Assembly (NCBI GenBank): GCA_030704615.1 | Contig: CM060731.1 | Coordinates: 11,904,001-11,968,000, forward strand | DNA from: Takakia lepidozioides | Lineage: Eukaryota > Plantae > Bryophyta | Direction: 5' to 3' | DNA: 64,000 nucleotides | In this document: piece by piece, positions 50,935 to 62,805 of the stretch | How positions within the stretch are numbered: the first letter of the stretch is position 1 | Layout: each line of letters starts with the position of its first letter | Program-made: the position numbers and the translations under genes | The notes under the pieces: generated by a model | What the model was told of the DNA's origin: nothing | Seen by the model: only the letters and a program-made list of their open reading frames with translations | Databases searched by the model: none

Positions 50935-51012
50935 CATTGAAGGATTGAACCCAGGATCACCTAGGTTATGCAAAGGCAAGGCACAAACACCCAACCACTG
51001 GGCTACCTGCTC
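50935..51012 (-). pseudogene. Degenerate tRNA-like sequence (tRNA-Ala(TGC)-like pseudogene or SINE head)
   Basis: Minus strand has A-box TAGCCCAGTGG, TTTGCAT anticodon-like loop and B-box GGGTTCAATCC. Stems are poorly paired. Confidence 0.4.
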
Positions 51013-51480
51013 AAGAAAGAGAGCCCTGTTATAAAAACTAGGGCTTCGAGTTGCTCCGCACAACTAGCGATGACTTCTGAGAACAACATCCGATAGATGG
51101 GCTATATTCAAGTTTTATATGAGAGAACTCTCTATCATGTTGAAATTAAGGGACAAAATGTGGTCAAAGGACCTTACACCGTGTCAAGCCTCGGATTGGT
51201 GTGTTATGCTGAGTCATGCTCCCTGTGATGCATGAGAAGCATGCAATTGCTGGGAATTGAGAGCTACTAAACCTTACTTTAGAGAAGTGAATTATGGTAG
51301 ATCATCTCCCGCATTTTGCAAAGGTATTTATTTTAACATGTATGATCAATCACATGCCAAAGTTGAAGGATACGTATGTGCAGATGGGGGATGGCCTTTA
51401 CAGTTTGATGTGCACTCTCTGCCTTTTATGAGAGCCAAACAAGATTGCTACCTGGTTTGTATGGAACGTGGAAACTCTCA

Positions 51481-53408
51481 CCTTCAACTTTCCATCCAGA
51501 AGCCCATCAAGAGCCATAAAGTGGACAACATGAGAGCCAAACCCACCAATTGAGCCCTCCTCAACAGTGATAAAGGACCTGGTGTTCCCTTGCTAGTTGG
51601 AGTGTGCTGCCAAACAGTTCTGAACAATTGTCCCATATCCCAAAAGGACCACTTGCGTACCTTCTATCAAAATCCTTCATTTTCCAACTTGCACAGATGG
51701 GGAATTTGATCAAAGAATGAACAAAGAGAACATTGACTAGAAGGGTTTTGAACCACCACCCATGACAAAGTCTAATACATAAGCCAGTTTATGGCAGGTC
51801 CTCTTTGCAGATGGGTTTGGATAGATATTTCATAATAGGCTAAGTGAGGGTTACTTACCCTTATCATGGCCAGACTAGGGGTGTCAAAGGTAAGTTTTGT
51901 GTCACACTCAGGATTACCATCTCAAGCTAATCACCATAGGTGGGTCATTTCCTCAGTTCTAGAGTCGACATATTCAACAGATTTGTGGGAAAGGAGACAA
52001 AATACATGTCCAAAACATGCCATTAATGAACCACGTAAAACAAAAAACAAATACCATGAAACAAAAAGAAATGAAGTTTAAAATCCAGCAATTCACACAA
52101 CATACAGCTGTATGCAAACTGCTTAAGTTTACAGCCAGAAAGCAAACCCAGGTGAGACCACAACCTGCAGTGGAATGACTTTGTTTCCAGGTGGCAACTG
52201 GACACCAATCCCATTTCCTCTAGGATAGCGGAAACAGCTAGGCCGATCGTCAATCATAACTGCAGTGGCACCATGTGAAATAACTCAGCTTCATCGGAGG
52301 GTACCACCATGTTGGGTAAGTAGGCCATGAATGTCACATCAAAGACTCCACAGTGGGTTGGACCATCAGCTCCCACAAGGCCTGCCCTGTCCATGGCAAA
52401 TCTCCCTTGCAAGTCCACATCATGCACAACCTGCCAACCGATTATGATTCCATCAGAACTCCAGCCGCATGCCTGAAGTAGGTCGTTTTTCAGAAACTAA
52501 ATCTACCAAGCTAGAGAAACATACGTGACTTCTAAAAAATTGTGAAAATCAAGTGGATAGAGACAAACAGATGAACAGGCAGAATGTACCCGGTCATAAG
52601 CACGTTGAAGAAAAGAGGAATACTGGTGCAGAAGGGTTTTAACCCCTCACATGCTAGACCTGCAGCAAATGTGACCCCGTGCTGCTCTGCAATCCCAACA
52701 ACAAAGCATGGATCGCTTAGCAAACATGTTCATGCCAGTACCGCCCCCCATGGCACCATGGATCCCGATTATGGTCTTGTCAACCTCTGTTTCAGCAATC
52801 AATGCTTCGGTAAAGTAAGTTGTGTAGGCTTGTGTCAGAGGCTTAACTTTATGCTATTTACCAGTTGTTGGGTCGAACTTCACAACACCTGTCAGACATT
52901 GCAACCCTAGAATTAATAAAAATACTCAGTCACTTATATGGCTCAAGATATAGAGTTACAAAATGTTGCACCACTACCTTACTATTGCACTTCACACAAC
53001 AAAGTGACCACTTTGAGAATGTTGTTCCTAGTTGCAATATGTTTTCCTTTGAAATCTGTCATCAACAGAATAAGTCTTGGACATACCAGCACCTCAGTGT
53101 ATAGGAAAAACAGTTTTGAGCTCACCATGATATTTATCAGCAGCTCTCTCAGCATATGCGTATACGCGCCCTTTCGCGGTGACAATGTGTATCAGCACAG
53201 GTCCAGTTGTGTGCGTTGCCTTCACCTCCCACAATATACTCACCAGATCATCAATGTTGTGGCCGTCCACAGGGCCAATGTAATAGAACACCTAGCTCTT
53301 CAAAAAGAGTAGATCCTGATTCCTGACCCACTGATCATACCACGTGCATACTCATCTACTTTGGAGGTCATCATATGCATTGGCCCTCCGCGTTGCTTGG
53401 TCACCCCC
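51481..53408 (-). pseudogene. DXS: 1-deoxy-D-xylulose-5-phosphate synthase pseudogene fragment (4 exons with introns, 5'- and 3'-truncated)
   Basis: [58 protein letters not shown] and [14 protein letters not shown], with stops, frameshifts and exon-internal deletions. Confidence 0.92.
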
Positions 53409-53532
53409 TGTTGTTCAAGTTAGTGTTTTAGAAGCCAAAAAGACCCACTGCTACAGAACCTCTCCAATAACAACATAAATCTTTCCCTGATCATCTCTTT
53501 CTCTATTCATACATTACTTATGCAAGTACAGA

Positions 53533-53569
53533 ATGTAGTCATAAAGGAATCGTTTTCCGTAGCCTACTG
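53533..53569 (-). mobile_element. 37-nt diverged 3' end of LINE family A
   Basis: Perfect 13-bp TSD ATGCAAGTACAGA (53520-53532 / 53570-53582) around atgtagtcataaaggaatcgttttccgtagcct. Confidence 0.8.
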
Positions 53570-55662
53570 ATGCAAGTACAGAGAACAAGTCCATCGAAAT
53601 ATGAAAAAGTAACCCGAACAGATGTTGCATTAGTTTGAGTTAAACCTACCTACAGCATGGCTCTGGTTTCCTCCTGAATCAAATCCAATAGTATTGTAGC
53701 AGTTGGCAATGAGCAGAAGAATAGCTCAATTTGGGTGGGATGGAGTCCAAGGTTTAGGGAAAGAAGTTTTCTTTCTCTGTGCAAGTGAATGGCCACAACA
53801 TTGAATCATTCATCGGAGGTCGCACACGAGACCTAAACTTCATTTGAAAGGGTACTTACCAGTCGGTAATTGATCTACATCTTCAAATCCATGGTCACTC
53901 GCTCGAGCAGGGTCACCGTCCTGAGTACTTCTATCAGTATGGCCACGTCTGTATTTACTAGCTATCTCATGTTCATGATTCTTGCCATCACTGTGCATGC
54001 CTTCCTCCTCATCGCTCAACAAGTTAGACAATATTGATGCTTTCTTCGTGGATTTGGCTGAGGCCAAACCAAGTGGTTCCCCACCAATGTGTCTCCGTTG
54101 GCACCTTATGTGCTCCCTCTTCAACTCCTGCTTCTTGTTGGGCTTCATCCCTTCGATATCACTTGCTCATAGAGCTCAAAAACCTCCCTACCAAAAAGTT
54201 CTGAGCCCTGCTAGCATTGCATTCCATTCTGCGAAAGCTCAAGCACGCGGGGACATCACCATCCCTTCCCTGCGCTCCAAGACACCTGTTTGCGGGGGCA
54301 TCATCCTCCATTCCCCAGCACATCTCCCGATTATTTTCGGGCAATCCGGCCAGGGTGCAAAAAATTAACGTTGATGACGTGGCTACGAAACGTGGCGACG
54401 ATGACGTGACACTATGGCACCCTATTCCTGCTCTACGCTAAAAAACTAGCTTATGACCTTCGAATATACGATATGTGTGTGTGTATAAGTATGCAAGAAA
54501 ATGGGCAGCATAGCTGGCTCCATGTCCTCCCACCCACTCAGAATGGGGCAATGTCCAGTGTTGTTGTTTTGACATGTAGCCCTACCCTTTTGGTGACAGG
54601 TTTTTTTTCTTTTTTGACTTGCATTGTGATAGTCAACTTTGAGAAAATGCCTTTCACATGACAAGTTGACAAAATCTTGACCTTTCACACAACCATGTCA
54701 TATGAAATTACATATGAAAAACGAAAAGACTGCGTTACTGGACCTTGAAGAATCCCTGGATCATGCGCACCACGGATGAAAGGCCATGGAGGCACACAGG
54801 GCGATAACATCGAGACATAACGCCACAAACAATCCCCACAAGGGCATGGCAGCGGGTTTGAGCCCCAAACCACCGTGGTCACACATTGTGCACTTACTAG
54901 CTAAGCTATCAGCCCATGTGCTTCTACATATCATTTGTAATTTTTACCTTTCTTTTGACAGGCTATTTTTTTTTTGCCTTCCATTGCGACATGCAAGTTT
55001 TGGTCATTGCCTTTCTTTGGATAGGCCGTTTTTTTGGTTTTTTTTTGCCGGTCAAATGCCTTGACAAGCAGCCTTGTGTCGGTGGGATCCGGCTCCTTTG
55101 TAATAATTTGTCTCCTTTCAATATGGCGCCATCATGAGCCTCCCTCTCCAGCCTCTCTCTCTGGCGAATGATGGGCCCACCAAATCAGCTTTTGGTGAAA
55201 ATTTTGCATTTTTCAGCCTAGTTTCCTTTGCCCATGCCAGGACCCTCGAGAGGTCAAAATGGCAAATATGTAGAACAGTCTCATTCGGGCCCTGATTCTA
55301 CAGTGGTCCAAGAATTATTGTGGCCCATGAATTAGAGTGGGGGCTTATGTAGGAAGGGCACGCGTATTAAGGAATGAGATGAGGGGGTAAAAAAAAGAAG
55401 GGAGGAAGTGGCCAAATTTAGAATAGGGAGTCTTGGAGGGTTGACATGTGTCCAGGGCCTTGTTAGAAGGGTCCAAGGGTGGGCGCGCTTCTAGAAGGTC
55501 CCTTCGCCTTGAGAGGGTATATAAGGGAGGCCCCCCCCCCTCTTACTACCTACTAACTTACTACCTAATAAATTAGTAAATAGTGGGCTCTGCAAAAGCA
55601 GGGCCCCCAAAAAAAAGCAGCAAACATGAATCAATTAATTAATAGAAAATAAGGGATAACCG

Positions 55663-55707
55663 ATCACAGTCTAAAACTTTCATGGAAAAAAAGTTTTAGA
55701 CTGTGAT
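55663..55707. repeat. Perfect inverted repeat, 18-bp arms with a 9-nt spacer
   Basis: ATCACAGTCTAAAACTTT catggaaaa AAAGTTTTAGACTGTGAT. Confidence 0.95.
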
Positions 55708-56130
55708 GGGGCACCTTACATCCCGTAAGGTTCCTCTTCAATCGTGGCCGTAGATGAAAATTAATCCTAACCGTCTGTTCGCCCTGGCCAACTATGAATT
55801 CTGCTGTTTAACAGCACGATAAATACAAAGAGAAAAATTTGAAAGTGCTTTATGACTTTATAACGGCCATGTAGGGCGGCGTCTTATAAAATTAGGGCTT
55901 TATTACAGCTTCCCGTGCAAGCACTCGAGTCTCGGCCCGGGACATGCATGATGGAAGTTGGCCCTATATCGGAATATCCCATGAAAGATCACCTGTACTA
56001 TTGACATAGTACGTATGTAAGAATGTAGGATTTAATGCTATGTACTTATACCCACAAATGTTTAATGGACTTCACATCGCGTGGGGCCCACTAATACATG
56101 GGCGTCGTCGCTTTGTCGGACAGCGTGGAT

Positions 56131-56403
56131 CAGTGTTTTTATTTCTGGCGAAATTTCGCACTTTTTCGACCTCAAAAACCAAAATCGAATATGCTGTCGT
56201 AAATTCCCTGTTTTTCTCATGGATGAAATCGCCAAAATTCTCAAAACAAATATAAATCTTGGATGAATTCGCCTAATATGGATGAAATTTCAGATGAGGA
56301 TGATTTTGTCCAAATTTCAGTGGATGAGCAGAAAATATGGCTATTTCCTGCAAAACTCAGTAAGTCAGTCCTGTTCTTTTCAAAATTTGAAAAAAAAACA
56401 CTG
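56131..56403. mobile_element. hAT-type MITE (273 bp)
   Basis: TIR CAGTGTTTTT/AAAAACACTG. Perfect 8-bp TSD GCGTGGAT. Internal GGCGA/TCGCC motifs. Confidence 0.92.
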
Positions 56404-56519
56404 GCGTGGATGTGAGGCGCCAGACTAGGGGCTGCGGGTGGGCCACATAGGCGTACCGGGCCGGGTGCTATTACTTGGCAAATTGGCGCGTGATTCGCAC
56501 TTCAGGAGTCCATCATGAG

Positions 56520-56805
56520 CAGTGTTTTTTTTCTCACATTTCCTAAATCGCAGGCAGGGCGACATGTAGATTCTACCCAGTGCCCATATGGCAAGACTAA
56601 CGAGGTGACCTATTTAGAAAAGTGGCAATATTACAGGTGTCATATTTTAATAGGTCCACGTAGTACAAATCTGGCTCCTGATATTTGACCAGTGGCGCTT
56701 TCTGGCGATTTTCTTAACTTTTACTCTCGTAATTCCTTAGTAAAAGTAGCTGACCCGTTTTCCAGGTCGAAATCTGGCGATTTTTCGCCAGATTAAAGAA
56801 CACTG
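56520..56805. mobile_element. Second hAT-type MITE (286 bp)
   Basis: TIR CAGTGTT/AACACTG. Perfect 8-bp TSD ATCATGAG. Internal GGCGA motifs. Confidence 0.92.
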
Positions 56806-58287
56806 ATCATGAGCAAGTTCACTTCTTTACGAGGCCACGGGATCTCCGTGGAAATCAGAGTGAGGACCATGCAGTACTCGGAATTTGACGAGTTCCTTTG
56901 GAGAGTGCGAGACGGAACTCATGATGCGAGGGAGAGTGAGGAGTATTTCGAGAGGGTGAGCAGACCAAGGTCGTCAGGTGCGTGCTGAACTCGTGTGGAC
57001 ATTGGACGTTGAGCTCGATCTGAATGTGGTCGAAGGGCAAATCTGAGTGACTCTGGACAGAATTGCCGAACGGTTGTGTGAGCTTGAAACTAGCGAGGGT
57101 GCAGCTGAAATCAGCTCATAGCCCTCACTATGTTAGGCGCGAATCCAGTTACCTTGCATTGCTATTTGTAATTCTAGATAAGGAGTTATCTGCCGAGCGG
57201 GACTCGATTGTTCAAGATTACCCAAATATTTTGATGTTCAAAGCTGTTGCTTGGGCCGGATTTTTGGATAAGAGTACCACACTGAACATTGTGGTAAGCT
57301 TAACGGGCCACGGTTAGTACTTCTGTTCGAATCATCTGTCCTCTTTGATGTTTGTTACTGTCCTGCCTATATGGAGCTTGTTATATTTTGGGACATTTCT
57401 GTCTCCAGCTGAATTTCCAAATATGGAACAATACGTTCTCCAAGTGCACAAACTTCTTTCCGTGCTCTCGATGATTTATTGAGTTGTTTCTTTCTTGAGA
57501 GCTGAGAAAGCAATCAGGTCGCTGATTTTTGTATCCACTTGAGGCGACATACATATTGAAGCGATTTACATATAAATAACTCATTCTGTAAGTCTACGAA
57601 CATGTCCACGGAGGCATGTCAACCACCAATCCCGTGCATCGTGAAATGGACAAGATGGCACTTTGAAGTGAAGTAAGCTCTCTCAGTGTTTGATAGAGAA
57701 GCCTTGTTAGGACTTCGCTGCCATATCCACTCCCGGCATACTCGGATCGGCATGCATATCGATGTAGGAACCATTGTGAGGGATTGTGTATCTCATGGGA
57801 CTCCAACTGCCCAGCAAGAGAAAAGTCCATGATGCCCACTGCTTGAAGCTTGGATTCGAGTTCTTTTTCATCTTCACATAGCTTCAACTTGAAAGCTTTC
57901 CTGTAACCTTTCTATCCATGGTCAACATTAGCATAACAGAGCTTGTAGTTATATGATCAACTAGTTGCAGGTCCTGTAGTAGGAGTTTGTGTCAGAGGAA
58001 AGTGAAGAAGGCCCGTCAGCTGAGGGAACTAGAAGAGGGTGAAGGAAGTTCCCTCCTGCAAAACTTCCAGTTCAAAGTTCCTCTGATGTTCACAGATCGG
58101 TGTGAGCTATCCATTCCACCTGACGTTCGTGGATTCCAGCTAGACTAGTTGTTCCTTCCTGACTCGTGATCGATCGGCATTGACAGTCTTAATCATTTTC
58201 TTACTCTTTGACTCTGGCTTCCTATCCAGCTTGCACCTAGCTCACTAGGTCCACAAACTTTCGAGCGCTGGAGCGAGAGTCCCAGCA

Positions 58288-60492
58288 ATGAACAAGTCGA
58301 CGTTATTTGAAATGGCAGTCGAAGTGACTGTTCTATCAAAAACCACGGTGGTTCCCACGCCACGTCCTCAAGAGAGCCGGGAGTTCCAGCGGCTCCCACT
58401 TACCAGGATCGATCTCACCTGGTTCAAACTTGTACCTCCCTTCAGATCCCTCCTCCTGTACGACGCAAGCGCCTGTAAAGCCCCGTACTTGCTTACGCCT
58501 GGAAATAACCCGTTTCATCCAAATGGCGATACACATTCATTATATTTTTTGGCATATAAAGCCGTTAATCCGTTACAATGATGTTTAGGTTAAGGTTAGT
58601 TTAGGCTGGTGGCTTGATCCTGGCCCTTCCTTAGATCCAGGGCTCCAAGGCAACACCGTGGGCTTGGGCCTATAATGCCTCGCCACGCGGCGGGCCACTA
58701 CGGTTAGGGCTTTTGTATAAAGATGGCACCCTGACACAAGGTCAGGGCGGTGTAACTCTGGTGTTGCTGTATATGTGATTTTGGTGTACAAGTTTTTGGA
58801 TGAGAGCTGCTTAGTGTCTGATTCGTGTGTTTGATCCTCCTCCCGCTTGCTGCTTGCTCTTTCCGCTCGCCCCAATGTTGTGCAACTTCGCTTCTTGAGA
58901 GGAAAGGAGTATATGCTTCAGGCTTGTTTTAAGGCTTCACACGCTCAAGATGACTTCATTGTGGAGCAGTTCAATGAAAGACTAAGGGAGAGTCTCTCAA
59001 GAGCGCTCGCAGACTACTACCCATTTGCAGGTAAGTCATCCACCCTTCAGTAGCACGGTCGACGTCATGGCGGCTACAGTACTATCTATGCGATTATGAA
59101 AGTCTGTCACGCCAGCTTTCATATATAGGCTTCGGGGAAACTAGATAACCGTTGGGAGACCATGACATGTAATGCAGGCCGGTTTTGTACAAGACGAAGA
59201 CGGGCAGATATCTGTGGACTGTAACGACGCGGGGGTGGAGTTTGTTGAGGCTTCAGTTCCCATCACTGTGCGGGAGCTAAGTAATTACAACATGGCTGAC
59301 ATGTATCAACACTTTGCCCAACCACTCCCCCGGAATCTTGAGGACGGGCGGTACCTGCCACCCTCTTTTTGGTGCCCAGGTCAGCTTCCTACATCTCTGT
59401 GTCATTAAACGGCTTCTGTTTCAGGTGTGAGGCTGATGACCACAATTCAATGTGCTTTAGTACTTAGCTTAGCACTTATTGAGTGCAGATCTATGTTCAA
59501 GACCACAATATTGATTCCCTTTTGAAATATGCAGATCACTCATCTCAAGTGTGGCGGCTATGTAATTGGGCATGCCTACTTCCATGGAAGCGCAGACGGA
59601 ATGATGCTGATGCAATTTGTCAAGTCGTGGGCAGAGGTCGCCCGTGGGGAACGCATCTCCCTTCTTCCCAATTTTAGCTCGCGAGCAAATGTAATCAAGT
59701 TGGCATCAGAGTCAGACAACTCAGATTGGACAGAAAGCTCCCTTTCAAAGGCTTTCTTTAGTAGGTTACCGTTGTCGGGTAATCTGGAGGAAACTCCCCC
59801 GGACTCTGAAATAACTAAGAACTTGCACATCTTTTTTTATCTTCCAATGCAAAAGAAGCTCAAAGATAAAGCTTTGGAGGATTCACCAGATGAGCCAACG
59901 TTAACGTTCAGTGCTTACGTTGTGATCAGTGCACATGTCTGGAGGGCCATTACCCGGGCTCGATTGCTTACCGATACGGAGGAAACTCGATACTTCAATG
60001 TCGTGGATTGCAGCAAACGGTGGCCAGAGCTCCCTCAGAATTATTTTGGAAATGCAATTCTTGACACGGTGGCAGTCAGCACCGTGGGAATGCTTTTGGG
60101 AAATGAAATCTCGTATGCTGCAAACCTGCTACACAAGACGATTGCAGATATGACCGCTCAACACATCAAGTCTTTATTCACCATGATGGAGAAAGAGAAA
60201 AGGAAATGGTTCTTTGCTTGTACCTCCAGACCTTCTACTGATGTGAAAGACAGCTGCTTCGACCCGATTCCCAGGTCTTGAACAATTCAACTTCGGATGG
60301 GGTGCGCCTTTTGCCAACAATCCTATTTTTACGGAGAAGGATCCTTGTTATTTGATCCATTTTGCACCGCAACACAAGGATGGTACAATAAAAATAGTCT
60401 TGAAACTGCCTCACGATGTCGCAAAGAGACTGCAGGAAGATGCAGATTTCCTCTCTTGTGTATCATCCATCATCGATGTCAAACTCGGATAG
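58288..60492 (+). pseudogene. BAHD acyltransferase pseudogene (3 exons)
   Basis: LSRALADYYPFAG, VDCNDAGVEFVEA, HGSADG (HxxxD), NYFGNA and NFGWG. Exon 1 is interrupted by a solo LTR, with frameshifts near 59185, 59365 and 60270. Confidence 0.88.
58474..58941. mobile_element. Solo LTR (468 bp) in BAHD exon 1
   Basis: TGTAAAGCC...GGCTTCACA termini. 4-bp TSD CGCC/CGCT. Removal restores the frame YDASAQDDF. Confidence 0.8.
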
Positions 60493-60736
60493 GGATTCCA
60501 CAAATTCCAACCTCCTTACACAAAGGAACAAGCGGCAAACGGCCAAAGGCTCCGCGGACTGCGGCAAAAGTGAGGTGTGATATAGGATACTTTTGAAACA
60601 TTTTCTATTGAAGTGTTAAAGGGTTAATAGATTAGTGGCCTAGTAAGTCAAGTAGAAAGTGACCTTTCATATATGAATCTTGAGACAATTTTGAAGAGAA
60701 ATACAAGTACATTCAAGAGCCAGTAATACAACATTT

Positions 60737-60740
<4 letters not shown>

Positions 60741-60785
<45 letters not shown>

Positions 60786-60930
60786 ACAAACCACCATTTC
60801 CTTTCATTTCATTTCTCTCTTTCTTGTATGCTTACACAGTGAGTCTACAGACTGATTAGACTCTAACATGGTATCTCTTGTATGCTCTCACTGAGTCTAT
60901 ATACTGATTACACTCTAACATGGTATCCGA
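60741..60930 (+). repeat. (TC)n tract, family B tail remnant (caccatttcctttcatttcatttc) and a direct duplication of about 53 bp
   Basis: Seen directly. Unit tcttgtatgct..tgagtcta.a.actgatta.actctaacatggtatc occurs twice. Confidence 0.8.
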
Positions 60931-61364
60931 GTCTCTATGACGGTTAATATAGAACATGAGCAAGACTACTTGTTTAAAACTGAACTTAGAATTCTCTGAA
61001 TTCCTGAACCATAGAAAATGTATGCTTTAAGAAAACATAGGGTTCTAAAATTCTGTAGGATGACCGTCTAACATTACGCTGAACTCAAAGCAAGTGGCAA
61101 TTGGGTCACATTACAAAGAGTTTATCAAACAAATCACATGATGAATAAAGGAAGATAATAGGAATAATAGGAACTTAATGCACACGTGCAACTTCTGACA
61201 GGATTCTGACAGGATGGTACGCCGGTTTCCGGCCTGTCACCCTCTCTTGAGAGTGACATGGAACTGAAGGAGTGTCAACTACAGTCGGGGTTACACGACG
61301 TGGTCTGTGATTCCACTTGGGGTTACATCGGGTTACACAAGTGAGTCGGTGTAACCCACACTAT

Positions 61365-61610
61365 ACTGTACAATATTTCTTCTCTGCACGTTATAAATAT
61401 GCTCTTCTTGATGCCCAATCTATCATGGAGGTCTTTCACAATCAGTATAAGAAATGCTTGGCTGCTTACCTGAATGAGGCATTGACTCTTAGACAAACCC
61501 TTGAGCAATAGTTGTTTTGGGCTGCCTGCAGAAGGCCCCTCTCTTTCTTATGTCTTTCTCTTGTTCCATAAGCTCTTTCATCTTTCCCCATTATAAAGTG
61601 CCATTTCATT
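61365..61610 (+). mobile_element. Diverged 3' fragment of LINE family B
   Basis: KKCLAAYLNEALTLRQTLEQ* matches KKCLAAYLHEAFTLRHSLEH* at 34934. Ends in ttataaagtgccatttcatt. Confidence 0.85.
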
Positions 61611-61740
61611 TTATTTTTCTGTCTTTCTATATGCATAAAGCACCATAACAATAATAATAATATCTGTCCAACTACTTTCTCCTCTCGCATATTCCTTGTT
61701 AAAACCATACCTGGAATAGATAACAGCAATAAAAACAGAC

Positions 61741-62805
61741 TTAAAAGGGATATAGCTGCTTTTGGTGGTGAGAGCATAAATCACATCACCAACTGACGGC
61801 GACTTATTGATACTTTGAGCTTCTTTCAGGCGATCCCCTTGAACATATTTTTTGGCTACTCTCTCACTGCCAGCCAGATCCACGAGCCAGAGTTTGCTGC
61901 ATGTGCACTCCCCTGTTATTATAGCAACATATAATGGTTGTCCTTACAGCACAGTGGAACACTATGCAAGACAATTGTGCACAACAATCATTATTACCTT
62001 TGGAACTATTCTTACCATTTCCAGGTACTCTGCATCAACAAAATTTGTTCTATGGTTATCCAACGGATACTGTACAACAATAAACACTGTTCTGCAACAA
62101 CAAGATTGTGTTGTTCTTATTACACCATGGGGGAACCAGTGCAAGTGTTAGTGAGGGATTTGCAGAGTGAACACATGAGCCTGACCAGTGGGAGTGGCTG
62201 CTCTGGTCGTTTGCGAGCGTGGAGCCCACAGTACGGGTGCTGCTGCCAAACTGCAACACATTCCAGACCTCAGCCATTCTTTGCACTTGAGCCTCCACTA
62301 GGCCTGGCACATGATGGCCTCCCTCTGCCATCTGCTTGATCTCCAGCCTACACCCCAACCAGTGTTGTGTTACAGTGTTACAGGCAAAATATAGACCATA
62401 AAGGCACTTTCCAGCCATTACAAAAGTAGATGAACATGTATTTACCATTTTCCCTTTTACCCACTACATCGGCCCAGATCTTATGCCATGAGTATGAGCC
62501 CCTTCTTGCTGTTAGCCATTACTCTCAACCTATGTACTGCGATCTTACGGAATCAAAGAAATGCTGAAGGTAACAGCGATATTGAATGACTTAAGTCTTA
62601 CTTTTTTGTTGCCTAGCCCTGGGAAGGGACTGGGGCAAGTAAGTCCCAAATCTGTTCATTGTACACCTCCAGTACACTGACTGATATCTCATATTTGACT
62701 TGCCCTTGGCGCTGGGTGGCCAAAGCGCTCCTCAAGAGTAATGCACACATTGAACCCATCCAGTACTGAAACTACCACTGGAGCTGTGTCGGCAAAGACA
62801 TCCCC
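61741..62805 (-). pseudogene. Kinesin-14 motor-domain pseudogene fragment (3 exons with introns)
   Basis: DVFADTAPVVVSVLDGFNVCI, SVLEVYNEQI.DLL, LEIKQ..EG.HHVPGLVEA and [27 protein letters not shown]. The P-loop segment is deleted and stops are present. Confidence 0.88.

Larger units (their letters stand above)
51038..55584 (-). mobile_element. Probable non-autonomous Helitron carrying gene fragments (right boundary tentative)
   Basis: Minus-strand 3' end AGTTGT-GCGGA-GCAACT hairpin, 7 nt, CTAG|T at 51041-51037. Contains intron-bearing DXS fragments. Candidate AT-rich 5' end at about 55584 begins CTATTT, not the canonical TC. Confidence 0.5.

Noticed and set aside
50494-51028. Another hAT element (CAGGG...CCCTG)
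   Set aside because: The TIR match is short and the flanking 8-mers are not duplicated.
54446-54475. Second Helitron 3' end (minus-strand CTAG|T)
   Set aside because: No convincing GC-rich hairpin upstream.
55136-55180. HDV-like ribozyme (ccagcctctctctctggcgaatg)
   Set aside because: Only superficial similarity. The P1, P1.1 and P4 pairings cannot be built.
57594-57887. 97-aa minus-strand ORF as a gene
   Set aside because: No recognisable motif, splice context or homology that I can support.
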